Shown piece after piece: positions 17,790-26,208 of a stretch of DNA of 47,116 nucleotides. The stretch is taken from positions 1-47,116 of the IMG/VR virus record IMGVR_UViG_3300036943_000490; one strand, 5' to 3'. The first letter of the stretch is position 1. Each line of letters begins with the position of its first letter. Under the pieces are notes generated by a model. The model was not told the DNA's origin. It did not search any database and was given only the letters and a program-made list of their open reading frames with translations. The position numbers were made by a program, and so were the translations under genes. The DNA comes from a virus.

Positions 17790-18227
17790 TTAATGACTAA
17801 CTATAAACCTTACGATATTATTCCTCTCACCATATTGAGGATCATCTGTCACATTCAAAAGCGCGTCAACTTCAGATCCAAGCAATTCCTCAGGATCAAT
17901 CGGACGAGAATAATCAACTCTAAGAGCTTCCCAGAATTCACGAACGATAGCTTTTGCATTCTTAACCTGCTTAGCAGTCATGCTTTCAGAATCAGGAAGT
18001 CCGATATAGTGAGTGATATCCTTAGTATAATCCTCTTCAGGACAGTTAATGATTTCAAAGATAGGCATGATATAAGGCTTACCATTTGCAGAAGTAAGTT
18101 TAATCTTCCCATCCTCATCCATCTTCCAGTCTTTCAAACGCAGACGATATTCACCATCGCTAGCGGCTTGAAGTCTCTGTCCATCTTCGAGATCGTCGTT
18201 TGAGAAGTCTAGCATGTAGTCACTCAT
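17790..18227 (-). CDS. Acidic DUF669-like protein (possible ssDNA-binding partner of the AAA_24 ATPase)
   Basis: 145 aa. The pattern DGEYRLRLKDW...GKPYIMPIFEI and the position directly downstream of an AAA_24-type ATPase match the usual DUF669 context. Assignment is from memory. Confidence 0.4.
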   Translation of the reverse strand: MSDYMLDFSNDDLEDGQRLQAASDGEYRLRLKDWKMDEDGKIKLTSANGKPYIMPIFEIINCPEEDYTKDITHYIGLPDSESMTAKQVKNAKAIVREFWEALRVDYSRPIDPEELLGSEVDALLNVTDDPQYGERNNIVRFIVSH

Positions 18228-18249
18228 TTTTTTTCTCCTTTGTTAGATA

Positions 18250-19080
18250 TTATTCTGTTTCTAAATCTTTAAACAACGGTTTATCTTCTGTACTCATTCC
18301 TACCTTTCTCATAATATGCTTAAAATCTGGTTTCTCTACTTTTTCAAGCTTACCTCCTGATCCGATTCTTGTACCTGCCATTAATTGATAGTCAGGTTGA
18401 GTTATAAGTTCGCGCTCTCCTGTTCTAAAATTCTTGATTCTAAGATGATATATCTCAGAGAAAAGCGCAGGGATTCTTGTTCTAAGTTTCCCAGTTATCA
18501 TAAGACCTAAATCACCTATGATGTTTTTCTCACGATCGAGTTGATATTCTGAATGGCCGAGAAGCACACAGTTGCAAGGAAGAGAAAGAAAACGTCTCAT
18601 ATTATTTTCAATCTCTTGCATCTGTGGTAGCCAATCTTCCTCGAATGGTTGAGATCCTACAACACGGCGTTTAGGGAATTTTACTGCCGCTTTTGCTATT
18701 ACGTCATACATAATAACTTGCTGCCATGATGTTACTGAGTCTATGGCGAATGTTCCTACATGATTAAAAAAACCTTCTTGACATAACGTTGCAAATTCAT
18801 CTTTCCATATTTTATAAGCTCTTGGTTTGTAAGGATTATCCTCTTCGAATCTTGTATCAACAAGAACTTCTCCACGATCTATCTCATCACGAAGAACCTG
18901 CCATCCACCAGGATCGAATGAATGGATTAGGACAGGTTTGACGGCTGTTTTAAGAAGTGTTGTTTTGCCAACCTTAAGTGGACCGTGTACGATTGTATTG
19001 AAGCAGTTTGTTGTAGGAGCTTCATCGTACATTTTCTTGATAAAGTCAGCTCGCTTTTTAATCGTTAGGAGACTAGGCAT
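18250..19080 (-). CDS. AAA_24/Sak4-like P-loop ATPase (recombination/replication)
   Basis: Walker A VHGPLKVGKTTLLKTA followed by KPVLIHSFDPGG. Start set to ATG 19080 (MPSLL), which has GGAGG 6 nt upstream; the track start 19104 lacks an SD. Confidence 0.55.
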   Translation of the reverse strand: MPSLLTIKKRADFIKKMYDEAPTTNCFNTIVHGPLKVGKTTLLKTAVKPVLIHSFDPGGWQVLRDEIDRGEVLVDTRFEEDNPYKPRAYKIWKDEFATLCQEGFFNHVGTFAIDSVTSWQQVIMYDVIAKAAVKFPKRRVVGSQPFEEDWLPQMQEIENNMRRFLSLPCNCVLLGHSEYQLDREKNIIGDLGLMITGKLRTRIPALFSEIYHLRIKNFRTGERELITQPDYQLMAGTRIGSGGKLEKVEKPDFKHIMRKVGMSTEDKPLFKDLETE

Positions 19081-19246
19081 CTTCATCCTCCGTAGGTTGT
19101 TCATAAAGTCTACTTCTTTGTTCAGCTAAAAGACTTTCTATATGATTATTTAGATTATAATCATCTTCACGTAATTCTCTAAAATCAATCTTTTTAGCTA
19201 AAGCATTATCAATAGCTGTTTGAAGCTCTTCATTTGTTAATCTCAT
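19073..19246 (-). CDS. Small ORF (57 aa)
   Basis: Hand translation: MRLTNEELQTAIDNALAKKIDFRELREDDYNLNNHIESLLAEQRSRLYEQPTEDEDA. AAAGGAGGAAGAAA lies before the ATG, and its stop overlaps ATG 19080. Confidence 0.5.
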   Translation of the reverse strand: MRLTNEELQTAIDNALAKKIDFRELREDDYNLNNHIESLLAEQRSRLYEQPTEDEDA

Positions 19247-19613
19247 TTTCTTCCTCCTTTTTTAAAGTTATACGATCTAAGAATCTTACATTTCCTACAA
19301 AACATTCTATCAACTGTCCATCATCTTTCTCTATAACAGCGTAAGCATTTCCATCTTCTCCTGAATGCATGAAATGAAATAATCCTTTTTCTTTTTCAGT
19401 ATATTTATATACTCCATTACTAACAGATTGGAGAAAACAATATTCAATAGGTCTTAGATTTTCTCTAATACTATGACTTTTTCTAATTCCTTCTATACCA
19501 AATTCAAATCTCTTATTGTCTCTTCTAAGCTCAATAAAAAGACCTTTATCATTATAATCTATTGCTGATATCTGAAATCTTATCGGAAGTTCTTCATGTT
19601 TTGGTAAGATCAT
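19230..19613 (-). CDS. Hypothetical protein (127 aa)
   Basis: ORF track; 4-nt overlap with the nuclease gene. Confidence 0.55.
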   Translation of the reverse strand: MILPKHEELPIRFQISAIDYNDKGLFIELRRDNKRFEFGIEGIRKSHSIRENLRPIEYCFLQSVSNGVYKYTEKEKGLFHFMHSGEDGNAYAVIEKDDGQLIECFVGNVRFLDRITLKKEEENEINK

Positions 19614-20617
19614 ACATTCACCTCTACTTTAACTGGTTCGTTTAAAGGATTCCAAAATTCAATCTTAATATCCATTGGAAGCTTATCGATGTATCTCAAA
19701 GGATTCCTCCAATTACAACAGAAGTCATGATACTCACATACTCTTCCCCAGTTTGTACAAGCTCCCCAATTCTGTGCAAAACAAGGCATATAAGTATCTG
19801 TATCTTTGGCTTCAGCAAGATTATTAAAATCAAACTTAATCATGTCAAGCCACCAGATAAGATTCGATACCATAGTTCCCATGTTTTCTGAGCTTTTAAA
19901 GATAGGAACTCTTAAAACTTCGAAATGTCTAAAAGGATCTTTTTCATCTTTCTTGGGATCATCTTTCGTCCGTTTAAAGAATATTCCGTTATACTTTATT
20001 CCAGATATCTGCTCCGGTGGAAAAAGGCAATAAAGAACATGAGTATATATTGCCGTCGAAGGAGCAAGATACCATTGAGCATTCCAGTTATAAGAAGAAG
20101 AACCTGTTTTATGCTCAAGAGAAAAAATCCCTCTATCATTTCGCATAATAGTATCCTGACGAAACGAAACTGTATAACCGTCAGCAAGATCTATCTTACC
20201 TCCTATCTCAACAAGTTTCTGTCCGTTATATTCGAGAATTTCAGAATCATAAAGATCATTCTTATAAACACTCGCATAATATGCTAAAGCTTTAAAAGCT
20301 CGATCAGGAGTTTTAGGATGATAAAGTTCATCATCACCAGGATCACAAAACTGCCGATAATAGGGTAGAAAGTGATCATTGAATGCTTCTACGATTGTTT
20401 TAGGTGCCATATCGTTAAGATAAAGATGTGCCATAGCTTCGTGCCAAGCACTTCCGAAGAAAAGATGATTCGAAGGATGAACACTTCTCCAACCAAGAAC
20501 ATATTCGTAGAAATATTTACGAGGACATGCCATGTAGGCTTTTATCTTTGAGCCATCTTGAATATCCCATGTTTCGTTGATAGGGACTGGATAGGTTAGG
20601 GTTTTGTCGTAGTACAT
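19610..20617 (-). CDS. PD-(D/E)XK Cas4/RecB-like exonuclease with Cys cluster
   Basis: N-terminal YMACPRKYFYEYVLGW, core FRQD...SLEHKTG (D...E-x-K), and C-terminal CFAQNWGACTNWGRVCEYHDFC consistent with an Fe-S cluster (1+3 Cys arrangement). Confidence 0.6.
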   Translation of the reverse strand: MYYDKTLTYPVPINETWDIQDGSKIKAYMACPRKYFYEYVLGWRSVHPSNHLFFGSAWHEAMAHLYLNDMAPKTIVEAFNDHFLPYYRQFCDPGDDELYHPKTPDRAFKALAYYASVYKNDLYDSEILEYNGQKLVEIGGKIDLADGYTVSFRQDTIMRNDRGIFSLEHKTGSSSYNWNAQWYLAPSTAIYTHVLYCLFPPEQISGIKYNGIFFKRTKDDPKKDEKDPFRHFEVLRVPIFKSSENMGTMVSNLIWWLDMIKFDFNNLAEAKDTDTYMPCFAQNWGACTNWGRVCEYHDFCCNWRNPLRYIDKLPMDIKIEFWNPLNEPVKVEVNV

Positions 20618-20799
20618 TTATTTTTCTCCTTCTGATCATAGATAAAAAGAAGCTTCGAATATTTCTGTTTCAGCCTCTGATATTCCTCCCATTCAACTCC
20701 AAGGCTCTCACAGAAACGTCTTCTTGCTTGTCTTGAAGGAAGCTTATGAAGCATCATGACAAGAGTCATTTCTGCTTTTCTTTCTTCTTCAAGGTTCAT
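20596..20799 (-). CDS. Hypothetical protein (67 aa)
   Basis: ORF track; overlapping neighbours. Confidence 0.5.
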   Translation of the reverse strand: MNLEEERKAEMTLVMMLHKLPSRQARRRFCESLGVEWEEYQRLKQKYSKLLFIYDQKEKNKCTTTKP

Positions 20800-20977
20800 T
20801 TAAATTCTCCCAAAGTTGGACTATGTTATGCTCAATATCATATAATTCTATATTATCTAAAACTCCCTTGAGTGGTCCATCAAGAAATTCAAATTCTAAA
20901 TTTAAAGAATTAATATCAGTTATATTTCTTTCGATGTAATATCTTCTTATCTTTATATTACAGTCAAATTCTTTCAT
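20789..20977 (-). CDS. Hypothetical protein (62 aa)
   Basis: ORF track; overlapping neighbours. Confidence 0.5.
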   Translation of the reverse strand: MKEFDCNIKIRRYYIERNITDINSLNLEFEFLDGPLKGVLDNIELYDIEHNIVQLWENLNEP

Positions 20978-21276
20978 TTTAATATCCTTTCTATATATTC
21001 TTTCCTTCCACCTCTTGCTGCTTTAAAAAGAAGAAGATTAATCCTTCCATGCATCTTCGTAAGAATATAACAGGCGATAAGATTAAGCGACGTCAGACCT
21101 GTTACGAGAAGATAATCATCAGGACCTGAATGTTGGAGAATTTCATAAAATCTACGATACATTATGTTAGTAGCATATTTTTTTATGTTACCTTCTGATA
21201 GAAAAACTAACCTTCCGAAAGGCTCTGCGGCTGAAAAATCATGAACTGATTTGTTAGGAATGTATACACGAGGCAC
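20974..21276 (-). CDS. Hypothetical protein (100 aa), GTG start
   Basis: ORF track; IPM and a GGGGTGGTG purine tract upstream. Confidence 0.5.
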   Translation of the reverse strand: MPRVYIPNKSVHDFSAAEPFGRLVFLSEGNIKKYATNIMYRRFYEILQHSGPDDYLLVTGLTSLNLIACYILTKMHGRINLLLFKAARGGRKEYIERILK

Positions 21277-21288
21277 CTTATCACCACC

Positions 21289-21312
21289 CCTTCGTTCAAA
21301 AATTGAATGTAG
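21289..21312 (-). promoter_or_regulatory. IPM copy
   Basis: Sense strand CTACATTCAATTTTTGAACGAAGG, 12 nt before GTG 21276. Confidence 0.55.
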
Positions 21313-21315
21313 ATG

Positions 21316-22170
21316 TTAATCAATAACTTCTAATGCAAGTCCAAATCTCGGAACACCTCCCTTGGATGTAATGTTCTGATATTGAACTCTGCAGAATTTT
21401 CCAACGATACTGTTGTTAAAGCAATGCTCGTTCCATATATCATAGCGTTGATCGTGTGTGAGAGAGCCTGCTCCGACCTTAAACTCTGTTCCATCAACTC
21501 CGACACATAGAAAGGCACCGAGCATTGCTTTATCTTCACCATCTTTTGATATAGCTTGAATACAATCTCTGATCTCATAATCGTCAGTCTTTTTTGGTTT
21601 AAACTTCATGATAAAGCGTGATCGTTTTCTTTCATAATAAGCAAAAGCATGCCTTATGATTATACCCTCATAACCACCGCTAAGAAATATATCGTAACAA
21701 AGCATTATATCTTTCATACTTGTGCATACATGAGAAGGTACAATAAAAAGTGGAGGTTCTAATTCTGGAATATCAGTCAAACGCTTAACCTGATTATCAG
21801 ATGATACAAGGTCAAAAACATGAAACTGCATTTTATGAGCTTGAGGATGGATAGTCTTAGCACTTTTTCGACTTACTATAGAATGAATTTCAGAAAAATC
21901 CATACCATGAACATAAAGCTCACCATCAAGCTCTTTATCAATCTTCTGATCTTTAAAAGCCTGATTGATATGAGGTACGCTTTGAATAAGATTACATTCA
22001 GAAGAGATTAATTCTATATCTGGAAGAATGTTAGGAATCGGATGAGCTCTCTCACCATCGAGCTTAGGTTGGACTATGACTGGAAATTTCCATCCGAACT
22101 TTGGTTCGAAGAGACGACGTTCCTCGAAAGGGTAAGCTAGCATAATACCTGAGCGTCTGTTTGATCGCAC
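21316..22170 (-). CDS. ATP-dependent DNA ligase (minimal type)
   Basis: Motif I VQPKLDGERA (KxDG), motif III ELDGELYVHG, motif IV GYEGIIIRH, motif V FIMKFKPKK. GTG start with AAGGAG 6 nt upstream. Confidence 0.75.
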   Translation of the reverse strand: MRSNRRSGIMLAYPFEERRLFEPKFGWKFPVIVQPKLDGERAHPIPNILPDIELISSECNLIQSVPHINQAFKDQKIDKELDGELYVHGMDFSEIHSIVSRKSAKTIHPQAHKMQFHVFDLVSSDNQVKRLTDIPELEPPLFIVPSHVCTSMKDIMLCYDIFLSGGYEGIIIRHAFAYYERKRSRFIMKFKPKKTDDYEIRDCIQAISKDGEDKAMLGAFLCVGVDGTEFKVGAGSLTHDQRYDIWNEHCFNNSIVGKFCRVQYQNITSKGGVPRFGLALEVID

Positions 22171-22293
22171 TTTTATCTCCTTATTTGGAGTTAAATATCT
22201 TCAGTACAAAATGATACTAAGAATTTTTTCTTAACTTATTTTAAATCTCATCTTTTAAAAATGTGCTATTTGGTGACTTTATAAAATAAATTA

Positions 22294-22325
22294 AATGGAG
22301 GAGACAATACAACATCTCCTCCATT
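22294..22325 (-). terminator. Rho-independent terminator of the 22333..22770 cassette
   Basis: Perfect 11-bp stem aatggaggaga / tctcctccatt with a 10-nt loop, 8 nt after the stop. Followed on the sense strand by TTTAATTTATTTTAT. Confidence 0.75.
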
Positions 22326-22332
22326 ACTTTAG

Positions 22333-22770
22333 TTAGCCTTGCTGACGAGCAATAAGTTTTTCCAAGAAAGCCTGCTGTTCATCAGCCGACAGATTGTCAA
22401 ACTTATTTTCAGCAGCTACCAACGGATCGACAGGAGTGCGTTCCATTTGAACTCCAGGCTTCCATTGTGCAAGAAGATCTGCAACACTTTTTCCTTTATC
22501 AACCCAAGAACGCATAAGAGCCTGAAGTTTAATCTTTGCCTGAGCACGGAAGTTAGAAAAAACAACTTCTTCACCGAACAGTTCGATGGCTTCCTGAAGA
22601 TCCTTACCGAATTTAAAGTAGCCCTTTGCCATCTTGCTTTGCGCCGGAACCTTTGCTTCTACTTCGAGATATGAAGCAAGATCGTCTGATGGCTGAGTGC
22701 CTTCGAATACTGTTTCGAATTCTTCGGTTACAACTTCTTCAACATCATTCTTGTCATGATTGTCTGCCAT
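22333..22770 (-). CDS. Acidic hypothetical protein (145 aa) in a self-contained expression cassette
   Basis: Has its own promoter, an AAAGGAGAAAAAAATG SD and a terminator. A local line hand-counts to about 48% G+C against about 27% for the backbone. Confidence 0.65.
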   Translation of the reverse strand: MADNHDKNDVEEVVTEEFETVFEGTQPSDDLASYLEVEAKVPAQSKMAKGYFKFGKDLQEAIELFGEEVVFSNFRAQAKIKLQALMRSWVDKGKSVADLLAQWKPGVQMERTPVDPLVAAENKFDNLSADEQQAFLEKLIARQQG

Positions 22771-22831
22771 TTTTTTCTCCTTTATGAAGATTGATTTAAA
22801 TAAGACACAATTTGTGCCTGATGATTGTTGT

Positions 22832-22860
22832 AATATAAAGCAAGGTTATTAATATGTCAA
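22832..22860 (-). promoter_or_regulatory. Sigma70-type promoter (TTGACA, 17 nt spacer, TATATT)
   Basis: Sense strand TTGACAtattaataaccttgctttTATATTac. The -35 is at 22860-22855 and the -10 at 22837-22832. Confidence 0.65.
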
Positions 22861-22885
22861 TGGAGATTTTTGGTTATTTTGATAT

Positions 22886-22909
22886 CTTTGTTCAATGATT
22901 GAATGAAGG
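22886..22909 (-). promoter_or_regulatory. IPM copy without adjacent start codon
   Basis: Sense strand CCTTCATTCAATCATTGAACAAAG, directly after the stop of 22910..23272 and 25 nt upstream of the -35 box. Confidence 0.55.
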
Positions 22910-23272
22910 TTATTGTTTCAGTCCTTTATTATATTTTTCTATCTTACAGGTATCAATACGATTCTGTAATCGTTTTATAAGCTTTTCACGCATTTCTTTT
23001 GACATAGAATCTATAAAAGATTCTGATAGGATTTTCTTATTTTCTTTCTCTATATTTTTATAATGATGAGAATTTATTTTAGTTATTCCTACTGTCTGTT
23101 CAAATATCTTACGATCAAGAGAGTAAAACTTCTGCCGCATCGTTATATGTTCGTGCTTGTTTTTTGTAAGGATCATGTGAATTTTAAAGATTTTGTCTTG
23201 TTTGTCTTTCAGCTTTTCTCTCAGCTTCTCTCGCTTGAGCAACATTTCCTGGAGATCTGTGTTTTGAGTCAT
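22910..23272 (-). CDS. Hypothetical K/E-rich protein (up to 120 aa; start uncertain)
   Basis: ORF track. Overlaps the upstream ORF by 89 nt; an internal ATG at 23245 has AGGAAA upstream. Confidence 0.45.
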   Translation of the reverse strand: MTQNTDLQEMLLKREKLREKLKDKQDKIFKIHMILTKNKHEHITMRQKFYSLDRKIFEQTVGITKINSHHYKNIEKENKKILSESFIDSMSKEMREKLIKRLQNRIDTCKIEKYNKGLKQ

Positions 23273-23477
23273 AGAGAAGCCCCTTTGTTAGTTTTTCATG
23301 ATAATAACATAAGTTGTTAGACTCCAATTCTTTGCATGCTTGAATAGTATTCCAATCATCGTTGTTAGAAGGATGATTATAACGTTCGATCTTTGTCTCT
23401 GATGATTTTATGACAGAGACCGTTGCAGGATAATCGCAACGTTGATGATTTTCGTTAATGAAAGAGCATTGTTTCAT
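23184..23477 (-). CDS. Hypothetical Cys/His-containing protein (97 aa)
   Basis: ORF track; Cys and His residues in CSF...RCDYP...CKE...CYYH. Confidence 0.5.
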   Translation of the reverse strand: MKQCSFINENHQRCDYPATVSVIKSSETKIERYNHPSNNDDWNTIQACKELESNNLCYYHEKLTKGLLYDSKHRSPGNVAQAREAERKAERQTRQNL

Positions 23478-23929
23478 TATTCCTCCATATCTAGTCCAGT
23501 TATGTTTCTAAAACTATCTAATTGTTTCTCAAGCTCTTCTTTTCTTCTCCTTTCTATCATTTCTTTATCCTCTGTTGAAAGAATTTCATCTTTGGTAGGA
23601 TTAGCAGAATCATGATTACTTGTATAAGCATCTACATTATCTCCATATTGTGATAATTCATTGTATTGAAGTTGTTTAGCAAGTTCTCTTGCTCCACGAT
23701 TTCCTTTAACACAGCTAACACCTACATCTTCAAGAAAATTCATAGCTTCTGATACAGAGAAAGTCAGAGAAGGATGATTATCTCTTATAATCTCCGCTAT
23801 CATGTCTATTCCATAAGAGACAGGATCTGTGCGACTTCTTACATAAATTTTATTCTGACTCATGAAGGCTGCTATAGTAGCAATATCTTCAATATTAAGC
23901 CGAGATGTTACAACGAAGGTTTTTGGCAT
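23477..23929 (-). CDS. Hypothetical protein (150 aa)
   Basis: ORF track; IPM with GGAG 5 nt upstream. Confidence 0.6.
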   Translation of the reverse strand: MPKTFVVTSRLNIEDIATIAAFMSQNKIYVRSRTDPVSYGIDMIAEIIRDNHPSLTFSVSEAMNFLEDVGVSCVKGNRGARELAKQLQYNELSQYGDNVDAYTSNHDSANPTKDEILSTEDKEMIERRRKEELEKQLDSFRNITGLDMEE

Positions 23930-23934
23930 TGTTT

Positions 23935-23958
23935 CTCCGTTCGATTAATGAATGAAGG
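23935..23958 (-). promoter_or_regulatory. IPM copy
   Basis: Sense strand CCTTCATTCATTAATCGAACGGAG, 5 nt before ATG 23929. Confidence 0.55.
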
Positions 23959-24288
23959 TTATATCTTCCCTTCCTTAAGATATTTATAAAACGTTGACAT
24001 GGGCATTGTTGAACGTCTGAATCTGACTGCTGAGAAATGTAAGATTATACCATCAATCTTAATATTAACATCTGCCCATGTTTGTCTGTTTTTGTTAGGT
24101 GAATAACCTTCTTGACGACGAAAGAACGAGTTTACTAATATTCCTTTCTTATTTATATAAGATTTTTTCTTTGTTGACTTTGGATCGACCGGATGAATAT
24201 CTTCGATGATGATTTCTGTTCCTGGAGGGCAGCGGAAAGGATTCTTGATAGGAACAGGCGATGATAAAGATGGATAGTATTGAGTCAT
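23959..24288 (-). CDS. Hypothetical basic protein (109 aa)
   Basis: ORF track. Confidence 0.5.
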   Translation of the reverse strand: MTQYYPSLSSPVPIKNPFRCPPGTEIIIEDIHPVDPKSTKKKSYINKKGILVNSFFRRQEGYSPNKNRQTWADVNIKIDGIILHFSAVRFRRSTMPMSTFYKYLKEGKI

Positions 24289-24299
24289 AGTTATTTCCT

Positions 24300-24533
24300 T
24301 TATTTATATGAGCTGTTATAATCTAATACGTCTGAAACGGTTATATATTTATCTGAATTTTCTTCTTCAAATACTGGAGCTTCACAACATGTTGATACTA
24401 CAGCTAATTGAGTGTCTACTCCAGAAGCTCCCCAGTATTCATATTGGCCGATACCAAAGTCTACTATATTTACAAAACAAGGTTTTTTGCAAAATGAACA
24501 TATTCCTTCCATCTCAAATATTCCAACTATCAA
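24300..24533 (-). CDS. Small Cys-rich protein (77 aa)
   Basis: CSFCKKPC ... STCCEAP. Confidence 0.5.
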   Translation of the reverse strand: MIVGIFEMEGICSFCKKPCFVNIVDFGIGQYEYWGASGVDTQLAVVSTCCEAPVFEEENSDKYITVSDVLDYNSSYK

Positions 24534-24762
24534 TAATTATAGGCTTTTGATCTTCTGCAATAATCAGCTCAAACATAAGTTCATCACAAATAAATGACAT
24601 ACATGCTTGAAGAGTTTTAAATTCCATATTTTCTCTTTTCAATCTAACTTCATCCATAAGAATATAACGACTTGGTCCTCCTCTAATTCTATAAAGTCTT
24701 TGTTTCTCAGAATATATATCCCAATGACCAGGATTTCTATAAAGAACAGCAAAACTTTTCAT
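24514..24762 (-). CDS. Hypothetical protein (82 aa)
   Basis: ORF track. Confidence 0.5.
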   Translation of the reverse strand: MKSFAVLYRNPGHWDIYSEKQRLYRIRGGPSRYILMDEVRLKRENMEFKTLQACMSFICDELMFELIIAEDQKPIIIDSWNI

Positions 24763-24763
24763 C

Positions 24764-24961
24764 TTATCCTCCTATTCCATTTGCTCTAAGACTCATACTC
24801 TTTCTAAGAAGAAATCTTTCATTCTTCTCATTATAATCAACAGAACAATCTGGATATTTCTTACATTTTATTATTGATTTTGTTTCTTTTTTCTTTATTG
24901 GATAAACTTTGACTTCTATGTTGAGAATTGGATCGACATAAGTTCTAATCGGCTTTGTCAT
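24764..24961 (-). CDS. Hypothetical protein (65 aa)
   Basis: ORF track. Confidence 0.5.
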   Translation of the reverse strand: MTKPIRTYVDPILNIEVKVYPIKKKETKSIIKCKKYPDCSVDYNEKNERFLLRKSMSLRANGIGG

Positions 24962-25136
24962 TTCTTATCCTCCCACATGAAGGGCATTTATTAATAAGCT
25001 TTGTTGATTCGTCATAGAAGATTTCAAGTTCATGACTTTTGAAGAAGTATTCTGATACCTTAATGCAATAGTGGCACATATAAGTATATTTATCAGGTGG
25101 ATCATGTATCCAATGAGTCTTATAAAGATCTATCAT
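24945..25136 (-). CDS. Small zinc-ribbon-like protein (63 aa)
   Basis: CHYC ... CPSCG pairs. Confidence 0.5.
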   Translation of the reverse strand: MIDLYKTHWIHDPPDKYTYMCHYCIKVSEYFFKSHELEIFYDESTKLINKCPSCGRIRNDKAD

Positions 25137-25291
25137 GATTTATGGCCATCTTTCTCCTCCTTCTTAACCTTAACATAATTTATCTTACCAATCCTGCGAT
25201 GATAAGAATGTTTCCGGCTGAGAAAGGTCGAGAAGATATCAGGTAACCATCCTCGCTGTTCAAGACCGATATCACGGTTGTTTATCTTCAT
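25133..25291 (-). CDS. Small basic ORF (52 aa), below the ORF-track cutoff
   Basis: Hand translation: MKINNRDIGLEQRGWLPDIFSTFLSRKHSYHRRIGKINYVKVKKEEKDGHKS. GAAGGAG lies 6 nt upstream, and its stop overlaps ATG 25136 (ATGA). Confidence 0.5.
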   Translation of the reverse strand: MKINNRDIGLEQRGWLPDIFSTFLSRKHSYHRRIGKINYVKVKKEEKDGHKS

Positions 25292-25297
25292 AATTTC

Positions 25298-25322
25298 TCC
25301 TTCGTTTGTTTATTGAACATAG
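25298..25322 (-). promoter_or_regulatory. IPM copy
   Basis: Sense strand CTATGTTCAATAAACAAACGAAGGA, 6 nt before ATG 25291. Confidence 0.55.
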
Positions 25323-25333
25323 TTAATCATGTA

Positions 25334-25361
25334 ATTCTAGATATGGTAGGAATGTTTGCAA
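25334..25361 (-). promoter_or_regulatory. Candidate sigma70-type promoter (TTGCAA, 16 nt spacer, TAGAAT)
   Basis: Sense strand TTGCAAacattcctaccatatcTAGAATtacatg, about 40 nt upstream of ATG 25291. Confidence 0.45.
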
Positions 25362-25652
25362 GCTTTATCCTTTCAATAGTCTATCAAATTGTTCATGTAT
25401 ATAACTTCCTTTATCTATATAATTTTTTCTTCTGTTATCATATCACACTGCCAAAATAACCATATATAGAACATATCATCACCTCCTTTCATCTATCATC
25501 ATAAAATCATAATAACATAAGACAATGAAAGATTCAATGTTCTTTTTATAACTTCCAATCATATAAATTGAATCTTTCAAAATCCTTCCAACCATCAGCA
25601 TATCAATCTAACCATCAAAAGTCTATCGTCAGATCTTATCATCAGACCATCG

Positions 25653-25955
25653 TCAGATATTTCGTCCTCCGATCTCATCCGCTTTCGTGAACTCACCATT
25701 TTTGTCAATGACATCGTTGTCATAATCGACGGTAATGGTGAATGATCCATCTTCTTCACTGAGAACGGAGTTCCATGCTCCATTGACAAGGTGGCATTTG
25801 TCGAAGATGTCCGGTCTGATCGTGTACTCACCGCCCTCTTGATGAACGACAGCCCAGAGAACTCGCTTCATGGCAACAATCTGTTTGTCTCGTTCCAGCA
25901 TTGCTGCTTGGAGTTCTTTAATCCTCTGATTCCTGGTTTTCTTTTTCTTCTGCAA
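25653..25955 (-). CDS. Hypothetical protein (100 aa), TTG start
   Basis: AAGGAGG lies 6 nt upstream of TTG 25955. Preferred over the overlapping alternate-frame ORF 25595..25831. Confidence 0.5.
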   Translation of the reverse strand: MQKKKKTRNQRIKELQAAMLERDKQIVAMKRVLWAVVHQEGGEYTIRPDIFDKCHLVNGAWNSVLSEEDGSFTITVDYDNDVIDKNGEFTKADEIGGRNI

Positions 25956-26208
25956 TTTGATCCTCCTTTGGACGCCATGTATGATGCATTCCTACTTTCT
26001 TTGGAATACCATTGGCGTGAATGTAATTAATACAACCGCAATCAGGGCATTTTTCACCTGAACCATCAAGATCCATAGCAATGATTGTTGGAACTCTTTG
26101 CCATGACAAATGAAACTTATCTCCGTTGCAGTTACCGGCTTTGCTTTGGAACTCTATGCTTCGGTAGCATACCTGACACTTCGTTATCACCGAGTCGAAT
26201 GAGCCCAT
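25918..26208 (-). CDS. Small zinc-ribbon-like protein (96 aa)
   Basis: CQVC ... CPDCGC pairs; AAGGAG lies 7 nt upstream of ATG 26208. Confidence 0.55.
   Translation of the reverse strand: MGSFDSVITKCQVCYRSIEFQSKAGNCNGDKFHLSWQRVPTIIAMDLDGSGEKCPDCGCINYIHANGIPKKVGMHHTWRPKEDQIAEEKENQESED

Noticed and set aside
17793-18203. 136-aa plus-strand ORF that appears to be preceded by a palindromic motif copy
   Set aside because: The motif is palindromic and belongs to the minus-strand gene starting at 17752. The ORF is antisense to the DUF669-like gene and encodes Ile/Phe/Leu-rich low-complexity sequence.
25595-25831. 78-aa ORF overlapping 25653..25955 in another frame; likewise 28081..28266 and 27225..27413
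   Set aside because: The competing ORFs have strong SD sites and fit the gene spacing and repeat brackets. These alternates do not.
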